DNA of 64,000 bases from Phoronis australis (lineage: Eukaryota > Animalia > Phoronida), in contig NMRA01000162.1 of the NCBI GenBank assembly GCA_002633005.1, forward strand, positions 551,632 through 615,631. Direction: 5' to 3'. Within the stretch, counting starts at the first letter, position 1. Every line of letters begins with the position of its first letter. This document shows, piece by piece, positions 25,085 to 36,417 of this stretch. The notes under the pieces were generated by a model. That model saw only the letters and a program-made list of their open reading frames with translations, did not search any database and had not been told where the DNA came from. Position numbers and translations under genes: made by a program.

Positions 25085-27148
25085 ATGTGTTTGTTTTGAG
25101 CTTTCTCGTTATCACATGCTTCGTTATACGTGGGATCAATACCGGGCAGCGGAGCTTAGACGACGTTTTTTTGTTGTTTCTTTCAGAACCAAATGTGTGA
25201 TCTCCGCACTTATTGATTTGACGTACAAGTAGTACTCGAACTTGTTAGTTATGAGGAAAGGGGAAAATTGTATGGCAAATCGTTTAAGCTATCACTTAAT
25301 AGCCGTCAAGTAAAAATATTGTTTTATTGCGTAATTTGCGATTGTTGTTTATATGCCAGTAATTAACATTACTACCTCCCAGTTCCTGGAAGCCGAGAAA
25401 AATCGTTTTGTTACAGTATTCTTGTTTGTTTGATATAACCGAAAGACAAACCTAAAGTAACTAATATTAAACCTTTTTCTCACAGTCGCTACAAAACAAT
25501 AAATATTATATTACATAGTTTGTGGTTGTTATTTTTAGATTAATAATAAGTAACTCACTTACAATTAAGTGCTCCTAACTTCTCGAAAATTGAGTATGTG
25601 TTCATAGCTCAAAGATGTATCAGAAGAGCGTCTATTACTGAGATGCATCTCGGAGAATTTGGAAGATTTTTAAGCAGTGGTTTATGACATCGGAAACATG
25701 ACTCTGTTTTAGCGATTGAAGGTGCACTTCATTCTCCTTTACAACCTTACCGTCATAACCACGTGTAGTTGAGGCAGCTAGGCACATACATGTATGAGGC
25801 TAAATGTTGTTAGGGGGGTTTTGAACAAACTCATTTATGAGATGATATTGAGTAATAGCAAGTGATTTTAAAAACGCAGTGACGGTTGTAATGATTTTTG
25901 CTCCCACATGCACATATGTGGGTGCATATAGCCCTGATCTATGAGCGTTTGCGTCACCTTCCGTCCAGCGTCCCTTGCTGCACACTCTAATCCCCTTTCA
26001 GGACCTTAACGAGATTTCGCGGCTGCCTTTCCATGAAAATAACGACGGATTACAAGTAACTTTTGACCGATCCGACCACTCTGTGCAGGCGACTGGCATT
26101 TTTTTACTTTTGGTCCTGTACCTTCGTAGTTTATTGATGTGATTTAAAGAAACTTAATTTTAACAGTTGGCAAGTAACAATGTACGCTGTGAGCAACACG
26201 TACAGCGACACAGAGTATTGTATATGATTTTGTACAAGTTAAACTTTAAATTTCTAAAATTTTATTTCATGGGTATATGTAAAAATAGCTGTATGAAGAA
26301 TATCGCTAAAACATACCTCTACTTGATGTACAATTTTCCACCAAGGATAAAGTTAATACTACAGGTAAGGGCTCAAAAATCTAATTTTCAAAAAGGAACT
26401 CAGAAACAGTTAAACATAGTGCAAATGAATTATACAATTGATTGAAAACAATAAAAAATTATACAAACACAAACACACGCACACACACGCACACACACAC
26501 ATCTAGTTACGCAAATACGAGTAGTTTTTCGAGTCGTGTAAATCTTCTAGTTGGGGCTAAAATTTTCTCTTTAACTGCAGAACAAATACTCACACACCAA
26601 ATGTCACTTCTTTCTGTAAAACACTACACTGTAACTTAGTTTTAACACCATACTTGTTTTGCTGAACTCCTAGTATGTTGCTTATCGAAAGTAGTTCTAA
26701 AACTGGAGATGAAGGATATCATGGGCCATACTATTCCCGGTATCCGGCATCGGCCACGTGACGGTGCATGTAAAGAATGCACAATGTCACTGTCGGGTTC
26801 GTTGAATAATTTCACCTAGAAATAGCTGTTTGTCTAGAACCGTCTCGCTTTATGAACAAAAATGTAATAGAAGTGAAGCAATAAAATTAGGATTGAATTG
26901 ATCAAGACTCATTCGATCAGACATCCAGTAATTCACTGTGCAAACTTTCGTGGCTACCTCGTAGAATGAATTGCCAACGTGCAAAATTTGGCATTCCGGG
27001 CTGGAATTCCATGAATATGATCCCGCGTAAGCCCTACTACTGTGGTGTTAAGAACATTGGTGGCGCTAGCTGTCGGTGCGATGTAGTTGTGACGTAAAAA
27101 GTGTGTGATAAGGCAAGACTAAATAAAAGTTCTGACCTCTATCGGAGA

Positions 27149-27714
27149 AAATTTTGTGCCTGGTGCCGAAACCCGGGAACAAGGTCTCCCACGCATAACT
27201 TTGTGTTTAAAAGAACGTTGACTGGCTAGTGAACTTGTCTTATTTTTTCAAAAATGGCCACGTCGTTTGTGGAGGAATGCATGCTTGTTACTTTTGAAAA
27301 AAACAAATGTGGCATTCAATAGTTAAATACTGAAAGGTGGTTTTGGTGACAGGCAAATATATAGCAAAATTGCACTACATGTACAATTACCTTGGAGTCA
27401 GATTTTCCAGCACACTTAAATAGACAGAGAGNAAATTTTGTGCCTGGTGCCGAAACCCGGGAACAAGGTCTCCCACGCATAACTTTGTGTTTAAAAGAAC
27501 GTTGACTGGCTAGTGAACTTGTCTTATTTTTTCAAAAATGGCCACGTCGTTTGTGGAGGAATGCATGCTTGTTACTTTTGAAAAAAAAAAAAGAGGCATT
27601 CAATAGTTAAATACTGAAAGGTGGTTTTGGTGACAGGCAAATATATAGCAAAATTGCACTACATGTACAATTACCTTGGAGTCAGATTCTCCTGCACACT
27701 TAAATAGACAGAGA
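27149..27714. repeat. ~283-bp tandem duplication split by a single N (likely assembly overlap)
   Basis: 27149-27431 is repeated at 27433-27714 with few differences; N at 27432. Confidence 0.85.
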
Positions 27715-28409
27715 GTTGTAGAGTACTTGCAAGCAACAGGCACTCTGTCAAAAAATAATCGTACGTTCCATGCAGTGCATTTTAAACTTTTTGACTCCAT
27801 GATTATGCCAAAATTAACTTGTCATGTAGAAATATGAGGCACATCGATGTTCGAATCTATTGAAAATCTTCATAATGATTTCCATAAGTACGTTCTGAGA
27901 CTGAGTATTAAAATGCCGAATGCTACACCTGGCGGTGAATGTTAGAGACAATGGTTAATTACAAAATACGTGTGTAAACCAAATATCTATTAGAAATAAT
28001 TTCTTGATTTGGGATAATATAGATACCCACTGAAGTGCTATAGTATGCTTTGGGAACAAGGTGAAAACGGTAATTATAACTGAGCACACCATGTCAAAGA
28101 AATTTTGTATAGGTACTGTTATGGAGAGTTGTAGTTAATTGGCCCAAGTAATAGTGTTGGAATTATGGTATTCAAGTAGAGCTAATTAGACCGCGGCTTA
28201 CAGGAATGACAACGGAAAATAGGTGGTTCAAAATATGAATTCCATAGTCATATTAAACGTTTTATTGTTAGCGAACAGTTTGCGAATACTTTAAATGCGC
28301 AGTTTCTTGCTCAAGTTACGCACCTAATAGAGAGAAAGTTAGACATATGGGTATTCCTAGAAGTGAGATAATATGAAATTAAAGACGAGCCTCATTTATT
28401 TCGCCAAGT

Positions 28410-29684
28410 ATTAGTCTTCCATCAAGTTCATTTTTTGTTTGTTCGCACGATACAGGTCTCAATTTTTGTCCGATCATCACGAAATTTACACATAACACGT
28501 AGTTTTAGAAGTACTGGAAGCCTATTGTTTTTCGTCATAATCGGATCCAAGATGGCGGCTATTGCGGCCATTTTGTTTTCATTTTAAGATTCAAAGGCTT
28601 CTGGAGGCTACAATTTTGTACGTACAGAGCTAAAAATCGGCACCATTAATGGACCAGATGTGTTCTATAGTTATACTGGAAATTGTTTACTTCCGTTATA
28701 AGATGGCGAAAATATTGGCAGTCGCGCATGCGCACCTCGATTTCGGGAAAAAAAGCTTTCTCCTGTAGAGGGCCCATTATAGGAATTTTTTTAGATATTA
28801 GTTTTTTGTGACATGCTATTAAAAAACTAAAAACCGGAAGTTGCTTTCAAGATGGCGGATCTGGTGCATGTAGACCCATTTTCAGTCGTGCTGGAGTGCA
28901 ATTTTAAACGAAAAGAGCGAATGACGTGAATTTTTTTGCCTGTGGATTCTTTGAAGTATACCCTTTCAAATGACCTGTAGAAATTTTTCTCAGACTTACC
29001 TTTTCGAGTTATTTGACTGAATTTCTTAAAAAAACGCAAAATTCCATTTTTTTTTCGAAAAATTCACGGAATTGAGTGATATTAACAATTTAGATAGCGA
29101 TTTGAACGGGCTTTCAGAAGATGTTTTCCATTTTTCGTTAGGACGTCTACTTTTTGAGTTTTTTAAGATTTTCTGATAGCGCAGTTCCTTTGTTGAGCGC
29201 TCTTGCTGCATTGATGTTGGTTTAGTGAACTAGACTGTAGCCTATTTCGTATTGATTTATGACATTTAAGTTCGTCATATGAATGTTGTGATGTTGCTCA
29301 TCATCGCCACCACCATCATCATATTCGTCATCTTCGTCATCATCTCCGACGTCGTCTTTTCAGTTAATTTCGCTCAAGACTGTAGCCTATTTGTTACTGA
29401 TTTCTGACCTCTACGTTCGTCATGTGTATGTTATCATTACTTGTATTTTACATCATCACCACCATCGTCGTCATATTCGTCGTCTTCGTCATCATCTTTA
29501 TCGTCATCTTTTCGGTTAATTGCGCCAAGTGTCGCTCCTCGGAGCGCTTTCATATCATGTGTCGATGCCCTCCTTGTTCTTGAAGTTCTGCGAAAAATCG
29601 TGTCCAGAGCTTGTTGGGCTATATAAACAGAAAAATCATCACTGTATCCAGCGCCATGCATGGTGAATTCAGAAGACTATGGCC
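28410..29684 (+). mobile_element. Possible HINE-like non-autonomous element
   Basis: TTAGTCTTC at the start and GAAGACTA near the end (subTIR-like), repeated CAAGATGGCG motifs, two ~145-bp CAT/CGT-rich tandem units (29232, 29377). The 3' end is hit by an Academ. Confidence 0.35.
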
Positions 29685-29687
29685 TTA

Positions 29688-32600
29688 TAGTCGGTGGGCC
29701 AGATCTCATAGCGTTCACCCTTGTGAGTACTTTGGGGGGGCAACCTAGTTTTTCTATGTGGCTAGATAATATACCCATAAATCAAGTTCCAAAAAGTTCC
29801 CACGTCTACACTTGCACATTTTTTTAAAAAAAGGTGTTTTTGTTGCACAAAATATGATGCACATTCCTGCCACTTGATGGCGCTTTTCTATTGAATTGAC
29901 CAATCAGAGAGCCAGATTGTATTGTTGTGCTTAGTTACTTCAATATGGCTGCTCCCATGGAATGTGATGTCTGTATAATTCAAGGTTTATCAAACAGCAC
30001 AAAATTGTGATGTCAGAGCCTAAAGAAGCTTAGGAAAGCTTCCTGACGAAAGCTGATTGACTGTGGAACTCTGTAGATCAGTAGATCAAAAAGAAGAAGA
30101 GGTGTCACAAACGTTTGTGCAGAAAACAGCTGCATGCCCTGGTAGCCTACACAGTATACTGCTGAGTGCTATAGACTAGAATACCAAGTGTCAGACCAGA
30201 AAATTGAAAGGACATAGAACGGCATAGCAACGTTTCAAGGCACCAACAGTAGTACTAAAGCTGAAGTTGCTGAAAGTGATACAGATGTTATCCAAGATTT
30301 CCCAAGAAAATCAATCACTTCCAAAATCTGAAACACCCAATTAACCTGAACAAGATAGGAACATTCTGAAACATGAGTGCATCATTTGTTAGCAGGAAAA
30401 GTACATTATGGGCCACATTTCAAGAAAGAGAAAGAAGTATAGCTTTCAAAAACAGGTACGTGTTTTTTAAAAATACATTTTGGTGTTTTCCACGTGTGAT
30501 TCAGTATTATCACCAGTTGTTTTTTAACTTGTTCAGCCCCTTGACTGCCTAGGCCTTAGACAATACTGCTGACCCAGTAGAGACGATGATCATACTATAG
30601 GTACTTCATATGCCGGATACTTTTCGGCAAATTATGTTCCTATAAGTTTAGAAGTACCGCGTAGAGAGATGCCTCTGAGGAGGTCGTTAATGTTTTCATT
30701 TGTTCCCAGTTTAAACAAATACTCCTGCAATCCTGTTTTTCGAACACTCCATTCAGTTGCCACATCGACACTGCTTGCGCTAAGGGATAATCCTATGGCG
30801 TTATACTGTGGGTGTGATTTTAAAGCACTTTAAGTCTAAAACTTTTGAGAAGGTTAAATGGAGTAGATAGTTGCAAACAACATGCCCAAGTGGCCGTCAT
30901 CCCCTGCCGTAGTCTCAATTTTTTGTAAACATTAATTACTTAGGTAGCAGCTGCAATGATAATTAAATTAAAGTGCCTAAGTGGCCATCGTCGCCGTCGA
31001 AATTTGAGGACGATGGAAGCCACTGTCCATTTCGTCAAACGTCGATTACCTTAAGTGTAAATCGATTGACTATGGTTTGAGCATCTGATTTAAAAAAATT
31101 AAATTTCAATCACTGCACAGGTATATCAGCTGATTTATTTTCAGCTGCATCTACTGATCTAATTATTAGACGATCAACATTATTAGGCTACAGATCAAAC
31201 GGCATGTAAATTTGTTAGGCTGGTGGTGGATCAGCTCCTGATACGTCCGTCTGAAAAAGTTGCATGCCAACTCACTCATAGTTGAATGTTAAATTAGTGT
31301 TAACAGTTCGGGTTTTTTTCAGTTGGACTTGTATCGCAAGCAACAGCTCAGTCCAGAGCCCTGAATATGCAAATGAAATTCAAAGATAAAGACCTTGTGT
31401 CTTAGAAGCCAAGTACCACAGATCATCATGCTGTAAAAAAGAGAAAGACAAAGATTGTGGAGAGTGACGAATCCCCAGTTTTCAGAGATGTTTTTCTACA
31501 GTTTTGTTTGGAGTTCATTGAATCAAAGCTTCTTTCACATGGAGATGTCATTTGCCTTTCAAAAATAAAGCAAGACTTTGAAGCTGTTCTTCAGAAAGCT
31601 GGTGTGCATGAAGTTATTTGGACAGGCAATCTTAAGAAATATTGTTGAAGCTACTCACTGTTGTAGTTTGTGCCTGACTAAGAGATACGAAAGTGAATTG
31701 AGGCTAGTGTTCAATAATTCACTTGCTGACTCTAATTAACACAGCCCATTATAACATATTTTGAATCAAACGTTTGCCCAAATAGTGCCCGCCTCCAAAC
31801 AAGGACTTAGTGTTTGACCCTTCATTGCCTGCGGGCTAATCACCAGTGTGCAGTGCTGTACCCTCTCTAATCGACCATAGTTGGCTCCTTGGCGGTGGAG
31901 CTTTGCAGTTAATATGTATGGCAATGACCGCATCTCCATTGACAGTACTAAACGATGAACGCTGCAAGTGCAAAAAGAACATGTGTGCTGGGAAACTGAG
32001 TTTGTGCTGCAATGCTGGGTCAAACTGTACAGAAATGTGCAGCTGTGACAACTGTAGTAACATCAGCAACACTGACTGCATAACATTGGATAGTTCTTTG
32101 ACAAGTCAACCCTAAATAGACCTCCAACCCCGTTATTTCCTTTTTTATATTAAAAAGTTAATTTTATTTGTTGATTAAGTCATAGAAAGTACATACTTTG
32201 ATCACTGTACTGTATTTGTCTCATACTGCTTGATAAACGCTGTCAGAATAATCTATTATTTTCATACAGTCTTTGTGCACATTCACAGAGATCATTCAAC
32301 TACCGGTATATTGTTTTTGTACTATAACGTATTTCTGGTGTATTATGCAAACAAGCTGTATTTTACACCATTAGTCAATGTTTTAGTCATTGAGGCACAA
32401 ATTTTGCCCAGTCTCAAGTATTTTGTGTCGTTTTTGTTGCCTGACAATGCCAGAATAACTTCCTAGTAACATTCAGACTTAGTTTGCATTTTTGCCACTA
32501 GGTGTGTCTTTACGTTTTTTAAATTTCACTGTTTACGATTTATTTACAATAGTAAAACGTGTAATGTGAGTGTAATATTGTTCAATACAATGGTACTGAT

Positions 32601-32856
32601 GGGACCATATTACTTGTTTTACAAAAAAGTCACCAAAACTGTTGTTTTTACAAATATAAGTTTACTAAGCTCTTTGGTGATTATTATGCAACTTCAAACT
32701 CAAATTTCTCAAAAATGTGCAACTTTATATGTGGGAACTTTTTAGATTTTGAAAACACTCTAATAAATGAATTAAAACACCAAAGTAAAATTGCCCCCCT
32801 AAAGTACTCACAAAAACCATTTTCTAGAGGCCCTACAAAATCTGGCCCACCGACTA
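29688..32856 (+). mobile_element. Academ DNA transposon (internally deleted)
   Basis: Termini TAGTCGGTGGGCCAGAT / ATCTGGCCCACCGACTA, extended imperfect TIRs (~140 bp), 3-bp TSD TTA (29685-87, 32857-59); EAKYHR remnant at ~31405. Confidence 0.88.
31846..32115 (+). pseudogene. Academ C-terminal Cys8 zinc-finger remnant
   Basis: P..IDHSW...RCKCKKNMC.GK..CC.AG.NCTEMCSC.NCSN. Confidence 0.75.
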
Positions 32857-32954
32857 TTAAGAGAAGAACTGCTTTCCGTGTAAATACTCTGAATGTACGT
32901 TTGATTTTATGAATTTATGTAAGTGTAGACAATGTCTACAATGTACAATAAATG

Positions 32955-32992
<38 letters not shown>

Positions 32993-33003
32993 ACACACAC
33001 ACA
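32955..33003. repeat. (CA)n microsatellite
   Basis: Visible dinucleotide run; a shorter one lies at ~26473-26500. Confidence 0.95.
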
Positions 33004-33019
33004 AGTCATGTAAGTGTGC

Positions 33020-33760
33020 AGTGTACGGCCATGCTACGCATGTATGCACCCTCTACGGTTGGCCATATTTGGCTTTAATGTGGTACTTTGTATTTCAAAT
33101 AGATGACAATACCCACAGTCCCATTGACATTACTCAACGATATACGCTGCAAGTGCAAAACAACCAGGGCCCAGTTGCATAAAAGTTATACGCCGCATAG
33201 CAACAATGACGTCGCATGATCACGCGCCACGTTGTTATTGTTGAACAATGCACCTGACGTCATGCAACAATTAAACTTATCTAGCGGATAACTTTTGAAG
33301 CTTTATGCAACTCGGCCCAGGTGTGCACAGAAACTGTGCTCGTGCCGCAATGCTGGGTTAAACTGTGCAGCCCTGTGGTTTTGTGACAGGTGAAGTAATA
33401 TCAGAAACACTGACTGAATCTTTGTGTGTGATGGTGGCTACGGACACGATGTTTTTCTAGGCAACCAAAGTAGATAGCTTGTTTGTTTAGCTCAGACATA
33501 TTATGTTGTTATTGTGTTGGAAAAGACTGATGTGGGAGTTTTATCATCGGTGTCATAGCAAGAATATTGTCATGTATTTGTCTTAGATTGCGTGCTAGAT
33601 GCTTTCGATATTACCTAGTATTTCCATACATTCATGTTCACATTCACAGAGTTCATTCAACTATTTCAATCAACATATTTACGATATTCTATGCAAACAA
33701 TTTGTCTTTCACTCCATTTTTCAATGGTGCAGTTACTAAAGCACATATTTTGACCATTCT
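33020..33760 (+). mobile_element. Second, diverged fragment of the Academ 3' region
   Basis: Matches 31850-32420, e.g. ccattgaca.tact.aacgat..acgctgcaagtgcaaaa and cacattcacagag.tcattcaacta. Confidence 0.7.
33168..33317. mobile_element. PIF/Harbinger-like MITE
   Basis: TIRs GGCCCAGTTGCATAAA / TTTATGCAACTCGGCC; TSD CAG on both sides; interrupts the Cys-rich coding remnant. Confidence 0.85.
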
Positions 33761-34427
33761 CTGGAACCCTTAGCAATTCATCTTTACTGCATATTACCAA
33801 GCTGTCCCGGATTGGGTCACAAACTCATTCGCGTTCTGTAGGATTTGGCAAAGATAGATCAAAATAAAATCCTAATAACGTGCTAGAATACTGTAATACC
33901 TGTTTCAGAACAAAGATTCCAAGTGACAATTTCTGAGGTATGTTATTCGGAAATTTGTCAAATTGGATATTTCCTGAGGAACAAAATTTGAATTAATCGT
34001 TCTATGCTTTTTGTGATATTACACGATTTTTTCTTCTGACCATACTGACTGTAAACGTAGGAAAATAGTACATGGTAGGTGTTCGGAACTATCCCATTTA
34101 AAATGCAGGCGTTGATATAACTTGGGAATCAACAAGAGAATTATGAAGATTGGACGTAAAAAAGTAGATTCTCCATTGTAACAATGCTGTAGAGATTCTC
34201 AAGAGCGCAATATTAAGGCTGCACGTAAGTGTTTCTAAAAAGAAGACTGCTGGGCTTTGGAAATGCATACATTAACACCGGTGGTCTACTAAGTGAATTA
34301 GCAGCCCCGCTTAAGCAAACGCGGAGTGGCGGGTGCATGTGTTTGTACAGGTGGTGAGACAAACATATTGTAACTTGGAAGGTCGTCAAAAATGCGTGCG
34401 CATGTCGGTAACGAAATGATCGCCACA

Positions 34428-34589
34428 TGTGATGTACTGTCTTGCAGTGACATCTATTGAGTAGTTTTAGTATTGGAGTTGAAAGCCTCACTCTGGCGAG
34501 TCTTCAGTGAGCAGCCATTTAGCATTGTATTGTTTTAGTCTGTTCTCAGAAATAAATCAGATTTTATCCGAAACATCGGCTATGCTACA
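34428..34589 (+). repeat. 5' LTR
   Basis: TGTGATGT...TGCTACA; contains AATAAA. Confidence 0.97.
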
Positions 34590-34590
34590 G

Positions 34591-34603
34591 TGGCGACGAG
34601 GAT
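34591..34603 (+). promoter_or_regulatory. Primer-binding site, tRNA-Ser(GCU)-type
   Basis: TGGCGACGAGGAT one base after the LTR; complementary to a ...ATCCTCGTCGCCA tRNA 3' end. Confidence 0.85.
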
Positions 34604-34607
34604 AAAA

Positions 34608-35372
34608 ATGAAACCACAGAGGTTTGAAGAAGACAAGGAAGACTTCGATAGTTTTGTGGAACGGTTGGAGAGCTACTTTGTGCTGAACAAGAATGCAAAT
34701 GAGCTAAAAGTTCATTCATTGATCACAGGGTTTTCGCCGGGACAGTTTCAGGTTCTGAAGAATCTGAGCGCCCCTGATAAGCCGTCTGAGAAAAGCTTTG
34801 ACGAGCTGATTGCACTGTTGAGTTCTCATTACGGAGGAACTACGAATGCACGCACGGAGAGAGCCAAATTTCGGGCGATTGTGAGGGAGTCTAATGAGTC
34901 AGTATTAGACTACAGTGTCCGATTGAAACAGGCTGCTCGGAAGTGTGAGTTCGGGCAGAGACTCGATGAAATGCTGGTGGACCAACTCATTCAGGGTGTG
35001 AAATCGCAGTCAGCGGTTACAAAATTGTTGGAAAGCACGGATGGATTAAAGTTGACTTTCAACAAGGCAGTGGAAATTGCACAACAGGTGATGCTGACCG
35101 AGAAAAATTTAGTTGTGTACGGTGACGGACAAGGAGCTCGTGGGACGATCCATGGAGTAGATAAGGGAACTGACAAACACAAGCAACATGGTTGGGGGAA
35201 ACAGGATAGGAAACAACGGGGACCCAGTACATGCCAGGAGAAACGATGTTTCCGGTGTAACGTGGTTGGACACTTTGCGAACAAGTGCCCAAAAAGAGTG
35301 CGGTTTGCAGGAAATGTAATCAAGTGGGGCACTTGGCTGTGTGCTGTAAGGTCAGGGGAGGTAAGCCCATGA
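34608..35372 (+). pseudogene. gag: Gag with CCHC zinc knuckles
   Basis: MKPQRF..FVERLESYF..ERAKF..CFRCNVVGHFANKC; a second knuckle CRKCNQVGHLAVCC lies in a shifted frame. Confidence 0.92.
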
Positions 35373-35484
35373 ATTCAGTATCACGTGGTGCGGAAGCGGA
35401 TACCGGTGAGTACGGTTTGTTTCATCCTGTATTGACTCGGGGACAGTTGACATTGATTTAGGTATCGCGAGCGATAAGAAGTTC

Positions 35485-35843
35485 ATGATGTCAGTGTTAG
35501 TCAATGGGCAGAAATTGAACATGGAACTGGGCACTGGTGCGATCGCGTCTTGCATAGGGGAGAGTACCTACTCTTCGGTTCGGAAACCCGATGACACCCT
35601 GCAGGCAGCAGATGTTAAATTCATTGCCTATGGTAACAACAGTCTTGACATTGTAGGGGTGATGACAGCAGATGTCAAAGTCAAAGATGTTACGGAGAAA
35701 TTGCCATTAGTAGTGGTAAAGGGAGACTGTACTCCATTGATAGGTCGTAATTGGTTACGTAAACTGAACATTAACTGGGAGCAGGAGTTTTCAGTTAATG
35801 CCGTATCTGTTGATAGTTTGGGTGATCTGTGTGAGCAGCATGT
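35485..35843 (+). pseudogene. pol: Retropepsin aspartic protease (active site mutated)
   Basis: VNGQKLNMELGTGA (DTGA changed to GTGA) ... LPLVVV....PLIGRNWL. Confidence 0.9.
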
Positions 35844-35888
35844 AATTAATCGAAATATGTTTGAAGTCATGGACACATTTATATTAAT

Positions 35889-36077
35889 TACGTAGTCAAT
35901 TCGCACAACCACGTGGACCACCAAAAGCAGATGATGACTGTTGATAAACTCAACATGAACCAAGTTACATGAGCACTTCAATTAAATAGCAGGTACTGTA
36001 TCACAGTTTTGGAGTCAAATGTAAGCAAACAGTGGTAAAGGAATGTTGGTTTACATATATAAAAAGGAGAATGTCAG
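35889..36077 (-). repeat. 189-bp inverted copy of 39826-40014 inserted in the PR-RT linker
   Basis: Reverse-complement match with 3 mismatches. Confidence 0.95.
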
Positions 36078-36417
36078 GGCTATGAAGTCAGGATAGACCT
36101 TGAGCCCAAGGCAGTACAAAAAGGCGCACACCCTACCGTTTTATAAACGTCCTTTAGTGGAGGCTGAGCTCAACCGTCTTGAGGAAGCTGGTGTGATTAA
36201 GTCGGTCGAGCATTCTGACTGGGCCAGCCCGGTTGTGGCTGTCGTGAAGTCAGATGGTAAGTCGATCAGACTCTGTGCTGACTTTAAACAGATGCTGAAT
36301 CCTGCGAGTGCCATGACAAAATATCCCTTACCCGTGCCTGAGGATATTTTTGCGAAGTTGTCGCAAGGGCAAGCTTTTTCGACACTCGATTTCAGTAGTG
36401 CGTATCACCAACTTTAA
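36075..36417 (+). pseudogene. pol: Reverse transcriptase, N-terminal part
   Basis: VEAELNRLEEAGVI..SDWASPVVAV.K.DG.SIRLCADFK..YPLP..FSTLDFSSAYHQL; cut at TTAA. Confidence 0.93.

Noticed and set aside
27149-27714. Biological tandem duplication
   Set aside because: The copies meet exactly at a single N, typical of an unmerged contig or haplotype overlap.
29437-29661. Asp-rich ORF
   Set aside because: Low-complexity CAT/CGT repeat inside a repetitive element.
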